This document shows, piece after piece, positions 29,019 to 38,628 of a stretch of DNA of 64,000 bases. The stretch is from positions 1 through 64,000 of the forward strand of contig DAHVQG010000006.1 of NCBI GenBank assembly GCA_027317865.1, in the 5' to 3' direction. The stretch's first letter is position 1. The number at the start of each line of letters is the position of its first letter. This DNA comes from Bdellovibrionales bacterium. Lineage in GTDB: Bacteria > Bdellovibrionota > Bdellovibrionia > Bdellovibrionales > UBA1609. A model generated the notes under the pieces. It did no database searches. It was not told the DNA's origin and was given only the letters and a program-made list of their open reading frames with translations. The position numbers and the translations under genes are program-made.

Positions 29019-30215
29019 TCAAGCAAACGACATCGGAGGCGATTGCATCCATCGCTCTATGTCTTGGCGGGCGTTTTTTACGTCTTGATAACCCAGTTCA
29101 ATCAATGAGCGCGTGAAACTTGGCTCAAACAATATATAGCTTGCGAGCTCGGCCGTCTCATGACGGCTCCCCAAACCATTCAACATAAAATCGACAGTAC
29201 CTGGGAGCCCCTCTTTAGCCTTAACTTCGGCAATTGCCGAAATGTCACGGCTAGGTTGAATCACAAGCGTATCAATAAACGTGTAGTCAGAACGATCGGT
29301 CGTGACGTCCTTTTTGAGCGCTTTCAATATTTCATTCATGTGCCGAACGCGCTCAAGATCGATGTCAAATGTGTCGAAAAAAAGTGCGTTCAATATGCTA
29401 CCGGCTAATTTTGCAATTCCGGGTACTTCCGGTTCGGCCGACGACTTCTTCGGATGCTTTTTTTCATGCGTGAGATTCTCGTTTCGGTTCGGCCGTTCGG
29501 TCGGGCCGCGCACGCCTACCATCAAAATTTTATTGTCGCCCATGTGAATACTCGGACTTATAGGAGTTGTACTGCGAAACGCACCATCCCCGTACGCTTC
29601 ACCCTCAAACGCGACGCTGGGGAAGACAATCGGTATCGCACACGAAGCCATAATGTGATGCGGACGGATTTTCGTTGAAAGTGACACCCGCCGCGCTCGA
29701 TCCCAACTGACAGGATTTTTCGATTCTATAAATGTCACGGTTTTGCCCTGAGTATAGCTGTAAGCTGAGCACGCAAAACCATCGATCAACCCTGCCGCGA
29801 TGTTCTTTTGAATTTTTGAATATTCAATGCCGTCAGTAACTAAGTTCCAAAGCGGTTCTGTATCGAGCAACGAATGGGCAAGTTTTTTTGAAAATAAGGG
29901 CCCAAACGTCAAATCGCGTATCCACCGTACGCTGTTTCGGCCCATTGCCAACGCATCGGTACGGTAAACTTGTTCAGGTTTTAAATACGACCAAACGTCT
30001 ACTAATTTTCTCGCCGATTCATGAAACTGCCCAACGCCCGTGACACAATAAACTGCATTTATTGAGCCGGCGCTCACGCCGCACCAATTGCGAATCGGAT
30101 TCTTTTCGCCGACCAGTTCAAGATCACGCAGAATTTCAGACAACGCGAGAAGCACTCCCGCTTGATATGCACCGCGCGCCCCGCCGCCAGTTAAATTAAT
30201 ACTAAATGAAACCAA
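29019..30215 (-). CDS. Patatin-like phospholipase
   Basis: GGGARGAYQAG, GVSAG, ASCAIP, DGA. Confidence 0.9.
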   Translation of the reverse strand: MVSFSINLTGGGARGAYQAGVLLALSEILRDLELVGEKNPIRNWCGVSAGSINAVYCVTGVGQFHESARKLVDVWSYLKPEQVYRTDALAMGRNSVRWIRDLTFGPLFSKKLAHSLLDTEPLWNLVTDGIEYSKIQKNIAAGLIDGFACSAYSYTQGKTVTFIESKNPVSWDRARRVSLSTKIRPHHIMASCAIPIVFPSVAFEGEAYGDGAFRSTTPISPSIHMGDNKILMVGVRGPTERPNRNENLTHEKKHPKKSSAEPEVPGIAKLAGSILNALFFDTFDIDLERVRHMNEILKALKKDVTTDRSDYTFIDTLVIQPSRDISAIAEVKAKEGLPGTVDFMLNGLGSRHETAELASYILFEPSFTRSLIELGYQDVKNARQDIERWMQSPPMSFA

Positions 30216-30230
30216 GAATTCTCTCCGCCC

Positions 30231-31445
30231 CTACAAAATACCTTCACCCATATTACCGGGGGAGCGAACGAACAGCAACAACACGCAACTTATGGCCGCA
30301 CCGACAGCACCGTACATGAACGGCCCCGAAGAACCAAAATGATCCCAAATTAAGCCAGCAGAAACGCTTGCAATCAACCCGCACAAGCCGGTGACCATGC
30401 CCATAAAGCCAAGCGCCGCGCCCTTAAATTCAGAAGCGACCAAGTCAATCGCCCAGGCTTTACCGACGCCTTCAGTTGCACCCATGTAAATACCGTAAAC
30501 CGCTAAAAGTCCAGAAAACGCAAGCGGCGAACTCGCACGCGTAAAACCCAAATAGACACAGGCAAAAAGTACAAATCCAAAAATTAAAACTTGTTTGCGG
30601 CCGAGACGATCAGACAAGTGGCCAAGCCACGGGCTCGTCACCGAATAAAAAACGTTATAAAACCCGTACAGTAAAATCACGCCCGTCAAACTAACGCCAA
30701 CGGATTTCATCTTAAGAAGCAAAAAGGCATCACTCGAATTCGCAAGTGAAAATACTCCTAGGGCGATCAAATATTTTTGAAATTGAACCGGAAGATTTTT
30801 GATTCGAAGACGGGCCTGCGCCTTTTTTAACCGCGGCTCCTGTACCGTTGGTTGCGATGCCAGCGAATTTTGAGCACTCTGGCCAGCGCGCCGCCGTTCA
30901 CGCACTGAAAAAACAAGCAGTACAGCAATTAGCGCCGGAATTGCAGACAAAAAATAAATAAGCCGCAAATGGTGACCGTCTTCTTTTAGTAGAACAAGTG
31001 CAAGTAGGGGCCCCAATACAGCGCCGAGGCTATCCATCCCCCGATGCCAGCCGAATGCACGGCCAAGAGATTTTTTTTCGACTGAATCGGCCAAAAGCGC
31101 GTCGCGTGGCGCACCTCGAACCGCTTTACCCAACCGGTCAAAAGCGCGCGCAAAAAACACAAATGGCCACGACTGGGCGATTCCGATAAGAGGGCGGGCA
31201 ATCGTCGAAAGTGAATATCCGGCAATTACAAAGGGACGCCGCTCCCCGACTGTGTCCGACCATTGGCCAAAATACACTTTTAAAAGGCTTGCGAGAAATT
31301 CCGAAAACCCTTCGATCCAACCGACTGAAGCCATTGACGCGCCCAACACGACCGTCAAAAATATCGGCGTTATCGGGTAAAGCATTTCAGTAGAAATATC
31401 ATTAAAAAGCGAAACAAGACCTAGCCGAAATACAATTTCATTCAT
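30231..31445 (-). CDS. MFS transporter
   Basis: ~12 TM; LFNDISTEM, G.WSD..GERRP, GHLSDRLGRK; start MNEIV overlaps the mvk stop region. Confidence 0.9.
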   Translation of the reverse strand: MNEIVFRLGLVSLFNDISTEMLYPITPIFLTVVLGASMASVGWIEGFSEFLASLLKVYFGQWSDTVGERRPFVIAGYSLSTIARPLIGIAQSWPFVFFARAFDRLGKAVRGAPRDALLADSVEKKSLGRAFGWHRGMDSLGAVLGPLLALVLLKEDGHHLRLIYFLSAIPALIAVLLVFSVRERRRAGQSAQNSLASQPTVQEPRLKKAQARLRIKNLPVQFQKYLIALGVFSLANSSDAFLLLKMKSVGVSLTGVILLYGFYNVFYSVTSPWLGHLSDRLGRKQVLIFGFVLFACVYLGFTRASSPLAFSGLLAVYGIYMGATEGVGKAWAIDLVASEFKGAALGFMGMVTGLCGLIASVSAGLIWDHFGSSGPFMYGAVGAAISCVLLLFVRSPGNMGEGIL

Positions 31446-32376
31446 CGAAAAGTGAAATCCATCGGCCTGGTTGAATTTTTGCAATTTCAGCCGGAGGAGT
31501 TGAATCCCACAAACTAAGTACGTGACCGCCGCCTCCAGATCCGGTTGGTTTTACGGATAGTGCACCCGCACCAAGCAGTTCGCGCATATGTTGGTCGAGC
31601 GCGCCTTCACAAAGCCCCCATTGATAAAAACAATCGCGTGAAATGTCGAGAGCCCGTGCCAAGTCTTCTTGCGCTTGTACAACTTCAACAGATAATAAAG
31701 CTTTCTCGGCAAGCTCCACTGCGTCTCGCATTTGTTGATCGAGTTTCTCGCCTAAATGCGGCGAACGCGAGCGTAAATCGCCCACACGCTTCACACACTC
31801 AGATGTGACCCCTCGTTTGCCGGAATATGAAAGATACAGATGCGGTCGCCATGTCGGTGTAATTGCTTGCCACTCGCCTCCACGAGAAAATTTCAGCCCG
31901 CGACCTTCAAGTGCAACGGCAATATCGACGCCACTACTTTCACCGTGAAATATATTTTCGAGGTTTCTCGCAAATTCGTAAATTTGCGCCGGTTCAATAA
32001 ATCCGAGGACTTGAAACCAACGGCCAATACCCACACACAAAGCGGCCGATCCGCCGAGCCCTGCACCTAACGGAATGTGACTCGTCACCTTCAAGTTGCC
32101 GATTAGATCTTCGCGCTTGCGTTCAACTCTCCCCAATGCTTTTTCAAGCACACCCCAAAATAATATCGAAAGTTCCTCACCGTTCGGACCATCGAAAGAC
32201 ACTTGTAGCCCTGGTGAATTATCATGCGGCAGCTGTTGGTTGGTTGCTTGCCACAAAAACTGCATGGTAGTCGCTCGTGTCGGGAACACCAGTGCCGGTG
32301 AACCTCGAATGACGGCATGCTCGCCCGCGAGAATCCATTTGCCATACGTCGATATTGAAATTGAACGGCTCAACAA
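31438..32376 (-). CDS. mvk: Mevalonate kinase
   Basis: GKWILAGEHAV, PLGAGLGGSAA, ENIFHG.SSGVD, KPTGSGGGG. Confidence 0.85.
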   Translation of the reverse strand: MLSRSISISTYGKWILAGEHAVIRGSPALVFPTRATTMQFLWQATNQQLPHDNSPGLQVSFDGPNGEELSILFWGVLEKALGRVERKREDLIGNLKVTSHIPLGAGLGGSAALCVGIGRWFQVLGFIEPAQIYEFARNLENIFHGESSGVDIAVALEGRGLKFSRGGEWQAITPTWRPHLYLSYSGKRGVTSECVKRVGDLRSRSPHLGEKLDQQMRDAVELAEKALLSVEVVQAQEDLARALDISRDCFYQWGLCEGALDQHMRELLGAGALSVKPTGSGGGGHVLSLWDSTPPAEIAKIQPGRWISLFDE

Positions 32377-33461
32377 TTCCCTCCGCGCGAGGGCATCAAT
32401 TCTTGCGTTTTATTATAAGACGCAAAAATTTGAACGGGCTGGTGAACACCCTCAATACATTTTGAAAAATTCAAGGCCACTTCGAGCTGGTTCGAGCGGT
32501 ACAACAAATGTACATTCGGACCAGCGTCGAGAGTCACGAGCGGTCCGTCACCGTTTCGTTCCCAAAATTTATCGACTTCGTCGAGAATGGTAAGCGTTTC
32601 GGCCGTTAAATAACGAAAGGGCGGATGTGCCGTATGAAATAACGCGTGCATATCCCAAAATTCCGCATTTGCAATTTCGTACGCCATTCGCCAGTTGCCA
32701 CTGCCGTTCAGTGCGTCTTTGACAAGTTTTAGCCGTTCTTCAGCGCGCTCGGCACGGCCATGAAAGAGACGGCTCGTTTCAACCCGTTTGTGCGCCTCAC
32801 TTGAGCTCACCAATTTGTGTTTTCTGTCGACAATAATAACTTGATGATGTAGCGGCTCAAAAATGCTGTGCCAGGATGCACAGGTACAATGATCGGCCGT
32901 CTCGATTTTGTTCGCGCTATTGCGGTTCAACAATTCCACGCTCCAAAGTGCAAATGGACCGTAAAAGCTTCGAATCGACGAACCCGAGCCTTTTCGCGAA
33001 AGTTGTGCGATTTGGTCCCGAGTCAGATCAAGTCTTGGATTAATCTTTTTCGCCATTTCAAATGCGGCCAAGGTAAGCGCCGCAAAACTCGAAGCACTGC
33101 TGGCAATACCGCAATCAGCGGGGAAGTTATTCGCCGATCGAACCACAAAACTACCTTCAAGACCCAATCTTGACTTGAGAATTCGAAAATGATTTAGAAA
33201 CCGTTGCTTAGAAAATTCGCTTAATTTTGGAGCCGTCCATTTTTCAAACGAATCCTTACTATAACTATCACAATCAAGTGGTTGCCATTCGTCGTTTGCG
33301 CCATCAAATCTCTTAAGTGTTACCGCCGTACGCAAGTGGTCAAGGGTGTATGAAAGCGATGAGTTGACAGGAAGACCGTCACGCTTGCCCATGTACTTGA
33401 TCAATGCAATATTAGACGGCGCCTCGGCGACTGCCACCATTAATTCATCATAAGCGTTCAT
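32370..33461 (-). CDS. mvaD: Diphosphomevalonate decarboxylase
   Basis: APSNIALIKYMGK, NSSLS, GIASSASSFAA, GSGSS.RS, TLDAGPNVH. Confidence 0.9.
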   Translation of the reverse strand: MNAYDELMVAVAEAPSNIALIKYMGKRDGLPVNSSLSYTLDHLRTAVTLKRFDGANDEWQPLDCDSYSKDSFEKWTAPKLSEFSKQRFLNHFRILKSRLGLEGSFVVRSANNFPADCGIASSASSFAALTLAAFEMAKKINPRLDLTRDQIAQLSRKGSGSSIRSFYGPFALWSVELLNRNSANKIETADHCTCASWHSIFEPLHHQVIIVDRKHKLVSSSEAHKRVETSRLFHGRAERAEERLKLVKDALNGSGNWRMAYEIANAEFWDMHALFHTAHPPFRYLTAETLTILDEVDKFWERNGDGPLVTLDAGPNVHLLYRSNQLEVALNFSKCIEGVHQPVQIFASYNKTQELMPSRGGNC

Positions 33462-34418
33462 CTAAACACCTGTCAGCACACCAGCGCCTTCGATTGAAGC
33501 CGGCTTATCCGAGTCATCTATTTGCATTTGAAAACCAGTTGAGAGTGCCCCCAAATCTGCGACGATCGGCAGGTGAAGTTCTTCAAGAATTCGATTTACG
33601 CGTGATCGATTTTCTGCAGCAAAAAATACCGCAAGTGCATCACCGCTAAGAGCGCCACAACCCTTAACAGCACGTATAAATGGTTGTGCAATAAGTGTCG
33701 AAATAAAAATTTGTGACTCATCCGCCACGAGGCCAATCTCCAACAATTCGCAATGATAATCATTCACCGCATCGAAAAATACCTGTGCATCTCGAGTTTC
33801 AAAAGCATCCAAGCCTTGTTCTAAAATCCAAGTCAATTCGCCGGTATCAATGTCACCGAGGTCATTGAGGTGCGTATGCGTGGCGACTTTATGCCCCGTA
33901 CGCACCAAAACAAACTCGTAACCCTCGAACGGCCAGGAAATTTGCTGAAATGAAAAAGGTTCGAGATTGACCTCACACAGCCCACCGGCAAACTGCGAAA
34001 CAATGTCAGCACCACTCGGTTTGATACCCGAACGATTCGTAATTTCGAGGTTCCGGTAATCCCGCCAAATAGCCTCAACTTGCACCGCGCTGGATTCGCG
34101 GCGCCCATTCGCGTCGGCAATAAGCTGAGCTAAAGCATGCACAAGAAGAAACTGTGCGCTCGATGCGCCGAACCCGCCGAGTCCGTTATGAGGGTCAATA
34201 AATTGCAAATCGGAGGCCCCGAAACAGTCACGATTTTGGGCGAGCCACAAACCTGCCGGGCTGCCCGCTGGAATTCCTTCAATGACTCCCGTACCACGCA
34301 TGTCGGCAACCAATTGAAAACGTGGCTCAGAATTAAACAACAACGCTGAACCCGCATTGAGAACCGAGTATTCGCCGAGCAAAAATGATTTACTTGGGCA
34401 ACTCAAAAGAATTTTCAT
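33462..34418 (-). CDS. Divergent GHMP kinase, probable phosphomevalonate kinase
   Basis: PSKSFLLGEY, GFGASSA, PSGAD, KGCGA; position in the mevalonate operon. Confidence 0.7.
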   Translation of the reverse strand: MKILLSCPSKSFLLGEYSVLNAGSALLFNSEPRFQLVADMRGTGVIEGIPAGSPAGLWLAQNRDCFGASDLQFIDPHNGLGGFGASSAQFLLVHALAQLIADANGRRESSAVQVEAIWRDYRNLEITNRSGIKPSGADIVSQFAGGLCEVNLEPFSFQQISWPFEGYEFVLVRTGHKVATHTHLNDLGDIDTGELTWILEQGLDAFETRDAQVFFDAVNDYHCELLEIGLVADESQIFISTLIAQPFIRAVKGCGALSGDALAVFFAAENRSRVNRILEELHLPIVADLGALSTGFQMQIDDSDKPASIEGAGVLTGV

Positions 34419-35728
34419 GGACGAGCTTCTCCGCCCGAATGTGAACGCAGTTCTCTTAAAGCGTCAACGGCATGACTCAGTGAAATTCGCTTGGTCATGG
34501 CCAAAATCTCTTCGAGACGCCGCTGAACGTAGGGCATTTCACTTTCTGTGGCCCCCGCGCCCAAGCTGAGGTTTCGAATATGAAGTTTCATATGCCCCTC
34601 GATAATTCCAACAGTAGTGAGCGCGCGTAAAGCACCCAAATTTTGCACCAATCCGACAGCGGCACAAATGCGCGACAAATCATTGGCGGATTGAACATCC
34701 AACAACCGTAGGCACATTCGGGCCATCGGATGAAGGCGCGTCACACCCCCAACTATACCGACAATTACGGGGGCAACGAATTCGCCGTGCAGTTCGTTGT
34801 TGTTTACAGTCCATCGGGTAATTGTTCGATACCGGCCATCACGTGCCGCGTAGGCGTGCACTCCGGCTTCAACCGCGCGCCAATCATTGCCCGTCGCGAT
34901 GAGAATCGGATCAATGCCGTTCAGCACTCCCTTATTGTTCGTTGTCGCACGATAGGGATCTTGATGGGCAAAAAGTGACGCCTCTGCAATTCTCTCCATA
35001 AGATCGGAATCAAGTCCGCGCATAATCACACGCGCACGCGTGACTTTTGTGTCGACCAGATTCGAAAGGATACACATCGTAACACCTTCGCCCGTCGCCG
35101 CTTCAATCGGAGTTTTTAAATATTCACAAACTTGATTGACGATATTAGCGCCCATTGCATCCACCGGGTCGACTAAAACGTGAATCACAGCCATCTCGCC
35201 GTTATCGATGTGGTTTTCTCGCCCGTCACCACGCGCGACCGTTCTTAGTTGAATATCGCTTACTCCGCCGCCACGGCTTTTGAGCCCATGTGCCACATCG
35301 CGATTGGCGATCTCGATTAACTCATTTTTGTGGGAGTGAATGTATTCTTTCAGTCGCGGCCAGTTTTTTACTTTTGCAATCTGAATTTGCCCGATAACCG
35401 AGTGGCCTTCGATTGAAGTTTGAATTTCGCCATTCTCGCGCACCCATTTTGCCGTTTTACTTGCCGCCGCAATGATCGAGGTTTCTTCAACCGCCATCGG
35501 TATGACTTTCGCCTGCCCATCGATTACAAAATTAGTCGCCACTCCAAGCGGCATTTGCAAAAAACCAATTACGTTTTCTATAAAATGCTCGGCAATCTGG
35601 ATATCGACCGGCGCCCCGTTTTCAAGAAATTTTACGTCTTCAGCCGTTAGCGCTCCCAACTCGCGCAATCGTCGTAGCCGTTCAGGACGAGTCAATTTTG
35701 AAAACCCGCTAAAGTTGAACTCTTTCAT
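34415..35728 (-). CDS. mvaA: Class II HMG-CoA reductase
   Basis: IENVIG, PMAVEETS, DAMGAN, NKGVLNGID, TGNDWRA, GHMKLH. Confidence 0.92.
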   Translation of the reverse strand: MKEFNFSGFSKLTRPERLRRLRELGALTAEDVKFLENGAPVDIQIAEHFIENVIGFLQMPLGVATNFVIDGQAKVIPMAVEETSIIAAASKTAKWVRENGEIQTSIEGHSVIGQIQIAKVKNWPRLKEYIHSHKNELIEIANRDVAHGLKSRGGGVSDIQLRTVARGDGRENHIDNGEMAVIHVLVDPVDAMGANIVNQVCEYLKTPIEAATGEGVTMCILSNLVDTKVTRARVIMRGLDSDLMERIAEASLFAHQDPYRATTNNKGVLNGIDPILIATGNDWRAVEAGVHAYAARDGRYRTITRWTVNNNELHGEFVAPVIVGIVGGVTRLHPMARMCLRLLDVQSANDLSRICAAVGLVQNLGALRALTTVGIIEGHMKLHIRNLSLGAGATESEMPYVQRRLEEILAMTKRISLSHAVDALRELRSHSGGEARP

Positions 35729-36777
35729 TTCGCTTTACCTCGTAAGCTATCGACGTCGCGTGAACCCGTGCAAAAAAGTGCCGTCTTTAATTCATATTCG
35801 ATGACTTCCATCCGATGATCGAGCGCGGCTTCACCTTGAATCGCGACCTCAAGTATCGGTTTTGCAAATCCGACTTTTGTTGCTCCTAAAGCGAGCATCT
35901 TCGCGGCATCAAGGCCGCTACGAATACCACCTGATGCCCAAATTTCCGATACCATACCCGTTCGATTTGCAATTAACTCTGCACAGGCCGACGAAACCTG
36001 GCGAACGGACTCAACGGTAGGAATGCCCCAATCCGCGAATGTAGAGGCCGCTTCGCGCTGTACAGATTCAGCCGGCGCACGAGCCCCTTCGATACGCCCC
36101 CAATGAGTACCGCCAAATCCACCGACATCAATCGCACTCACGCCCGTTTCAACAAGCCGTCGAGCCGTCGACGCCGAAATTCCACAACCCGTCTCCTTTA
36201 TGATAACCGGAACCGGTAACTGTTTTACCAGTTGAGCAATTTTGGTTAGACCACCGGCAAAATGCGGTGTTCCTTCGGGTTGCAAGCATTCTTGAAGCGC
36301 ATTTAAGTGAATGATCATTGCCTTCGCTTCAAGATTTTCGATTAACGCTTTAATTACTTCAGCGTCGGTTTCAATCACTTGCGCAATACCTAAATTACCC
36401 AGAAGCACTGCTGATGGAGCGGTTTTGCGGATCTTTCGCCATTCCTCGCGTGCAGTGAAGTCGTGTAACTCGCGCCGTTGCGAACCAACGCCCATCCACC
36501 AACCGCGCTTTGCGCACACAACCGCCATCGTGCGGTTCATTTCGAGCGACGACGAGTGCCCCGCCGTCATAGAACTTACAAGAAACGGCGTTGCAGTCAC
36601 TTCGCCGAGCGAACGCGACCGCAGACTGACATTTGAAAAATTAAGATCAGGCAAGGCTTCATGATCAAGCCGAATTTGGTCAATTCCGCTTCGGCCAAAG
36701 GCCTCGTTCTCGCGCTTTAAAGCGAAGGCGATGTGATCGCGCTTTCGACCTTCAAACTGAGAATCAAGTTCATGCAT
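35725..36777 (-). CDS. fni: Type 2 isopentenyl-diphosphate delta-isomerase
   Basis: RKRDHI, SMTAG, GVGSQR, HLNALQE..QPEG, KETGCG, GGT.W, ASGGIRSG. Confidence 0.95.
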   Translation of the reverse strand: MHELDSQFEGRKRDHIAFALKRENEAFGRSGIDQIRLDHEALPDLNFSNVSLRSRSLGEVTATPFLVSSMTAGHSSSLEMNRTMAVVCAKRGWWMGVGSQRRELHDFTAREEWRKIRKTAPSAVLLGNLGIAQVIETDAEVIKALIENLEAKAMIIHLNALQECLQPEGTPHFAGGLTKIAQLVKQLPVPVIIKETGCGISASTARRLVETGVSAIDVGGFGGTHWGRIEGARAPAESVQREAASTFADWGIPTVESVRQVSSACAELIANRTGMVSEIWASGGIRSGLDAAKMLALGATKVGFAKPILEVAIQGEAALDHRMEVIEYELKTALFCTGSRDVDSLRGKAK

Positions 36778-37120
36778 TGGCCATTATCTGTTTCACGAGC
36801 GCTGCAAAACCGGCCGAATCTCTAAGCGCCATGTCGGCCAACATTTTACGGTCAAGCTCGATTGGTGATTTTCTGAGTGCTCCGATAAAACGCGAATACG
36901 TTGTCCCATTCATTCGAACCGCCGCGTTTATGCGTTGGGTCCAGAGCTGACGCATTTCACGGCCGCGCACTTTTCGGTCGCGATACATGTATTGCATTGC
37001 CCGATCGGTTTTTTCAGCGGCATGAGTAATTGCACGGGAGTTAGCGGCGTAAAACCCGCTAGCGCGTTCCAAAATTTTATTGCGACGACGTCTCGCTTTT
37101 GTTCCTCTTTTAATTCGCAT
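36770..37120 (-). CDS. rplT: 50S ribosomal protein L20
   Basis: MRIKRG, YRDRKVRGREMRQLWTQRINAA, LDRKMLADMA. Confidence 0.97.
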   Translation of the reverse strand: MRIKRGTKARRRRNKILERASGFYAANSRAITHAAEKTDRAMQYMYRDRKVRGREMRQLWTQRINAAVRMNGTTYSRFIGALRKSPIELDRKMLADMALRDSAGFAALVKQIMANA

Positions 37121-37347
37121 TACTCACCCCTTTTTTCGGATCGCGCTTTCGGCCGCGAGGTAACCAATAACCGTTCGACTTGATAGGTACTTGCACCATG
37201 AATGTAGGTCATCGTACCAAGTTGCCGTTTTCGCCCCGACGATTTATGCGAAAGAAGGTGACGAAGATTCGCTTTGCGGCGCTTGACGCGTCCACTGCCT
37301 GTCACGCGAAGACGTTTTTTCGCCCCGCTGTGGGTTTTCTGCTTCAT
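37120..37347 (-). CDS. rpmI: 50S ribosomal protein L35
   Basis: MKQKTHSGAKKRLRVTGSG...RHLLSHKS; AGGAG RBS; short C-terminal extension. Confidence 0.95.
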   Translation of the reverse strand: MKQKTHSGAKKRLRVTGSGRVKRRKANLRHLLSHKSSGRKRQLGTMTYIHGASTYQVERLLVTSRPKARSEKRGE

Positions 37348-37561
37348 TGAATTTCTCCTCACTTGAGAAGGCGGGCTAATGTCGATCAACCGCTTTTGGG
37401 CCATTCTCAATGGTTTTATAACCCGTAGTGTTATCTGACCCCGTCTGAAAGGTCAATGCAAAAAGAGCCGGGTTCAAGCCGATGCTCCGACGAAATGAAG
37501 AATCCTTGAGCTGTAGCAATGCTCATTTCTCACTGGGGATGGCCATGTTACTTATTCGTAT

Positions 37562-37954
37562 ATGATGACGCGCTTTTTGACGACGGTTCTACTATTAATA
37601 ACCGCTTTTTACAGCTTGGGTTTATCGGCATGCCCCGATTTTAGGGTTTCGCCGAAAAATAAAGCTCTTTCACTATTTCTGATTCAACGGCGCTTTAACG
37701 AAGATTTGATATCGCCCAAAGATGCGGTGTCAAATTTTTCAGACTTAAAGGGCGAAGCACTTGCATGTTGGAATTCATCCAACCCGCTGTACCGCAATTT
37801 TTTTTCGTTTAATTTGGCCGGGGTTCCGCTTGTTTTAGTTCTCGACATCAACCCCGATCGCGGAGCCGTTTGTTACCATTATTTTAACTCGAGCGGCGAA
37901 TATCTTAATTCTTGGTGTGGCGACCCCACCCGCCGCTGGACATGGGATAATTAA
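37562..37954 (+). CDS. Small secreted hypothetical protein
   Basis: Signal-like N-terminus ending LSAC; opposite strand between infC and rpmI. Confidence 0.6.
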   Translation: MMTRFLTTVLLLITAFYSLGLSACPDFRVSPKNKALSLFLIQRRFNEDLISPKDAVSNFSDLKGEALACWNSSNPLYRNFFSFNLAGVPLVLVLDINPDRGAVCYHYFNSSGEYLNSWCGDPTRRWTWDN

Positions 37955-38613
37955 CTTGCGCTAGAGTCCTCATCTAAAACTGCATCGTCATTTTGATCGG
38001 CCTTTTCTTTCTGCGCGGAACCTTCTTTCTTTTTAAACTCTTTAAGTTTCACCGGATCGGGAGCAAAAAGTATAAAAACTTGACGGCCCTCTTTACGAGC
38101 TGGTGTTTCGACAGCCGCCAGATCGTTTAAACCCTCGGTAAATTTCTGCAAAACGCCCATACCCTCTTCTTGGTGCGACATTTCGCGGCCCGAAAAACGC
38201 AGAGTGACTTTGACTTTGTCGCCTTCGGCAAGAAATCGGCGGGCATGACGAAGTTTTGTCTCCATATCATGCTGTTCTGTCCGAGGACGAAGTTGAATTT
38301 CTTTAATGTCCACAACCACTTGATTTTTTCTTGCCGCCACTTGCTTCTTTTTATTTTCGTATTTCCACTTGCCGTAATCCATGATTTTGCATGTGGGGGG
38401 TTTTGCTGTTGGAGCAATCTCGATCAAATCGAGACCCCGCGATTCCGCAAGTTGTACAGCGGCAGGAACATTGTAAACACCTAACATTTTACCGTTCTCG
38501 TCAATGACACGAACTTCGGAGGCATAAATTTCTCGATTTACACGCAAGCCGCCGTCACGTTTGGGGCCACGGCGCTCACCGAAAGGTCGCCGTCCCGATA
38601 TAATTGGTTTAAT
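37951..38613 (-). CDS. infC: Translation initiation factor IF-3 (ATT start)
   Basis: RVNREI, LDLIEIAP, CKIMDYGK, KEIQLRP; AAAGGAG RBS 7 nt before an in-frame ATT at 38613. Confidence 0.95.
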   Translation of the reverse strand: MKPIISGRRPFGERRGPKRDGGLRVNREIYASEVRVIDENGKMLGVYNVPAAVQLAESRGLDLIEIAPTAKPPTCKIMDYGKWKYENKKKQVAARKNQVVVDIKEIQLRPRTEQHDMETKLRHARRFLAEGDKVKVTLRFSGREMSHQEEGMGVLQKFTEGLNDLAAVETPARKEGRQVFILFAPDPVKLKEFKKKEGSAQKEKADQNDDAVLDEDSSAS

Positions 38614-38628
38614 AAGTGGTCTCCTTTG

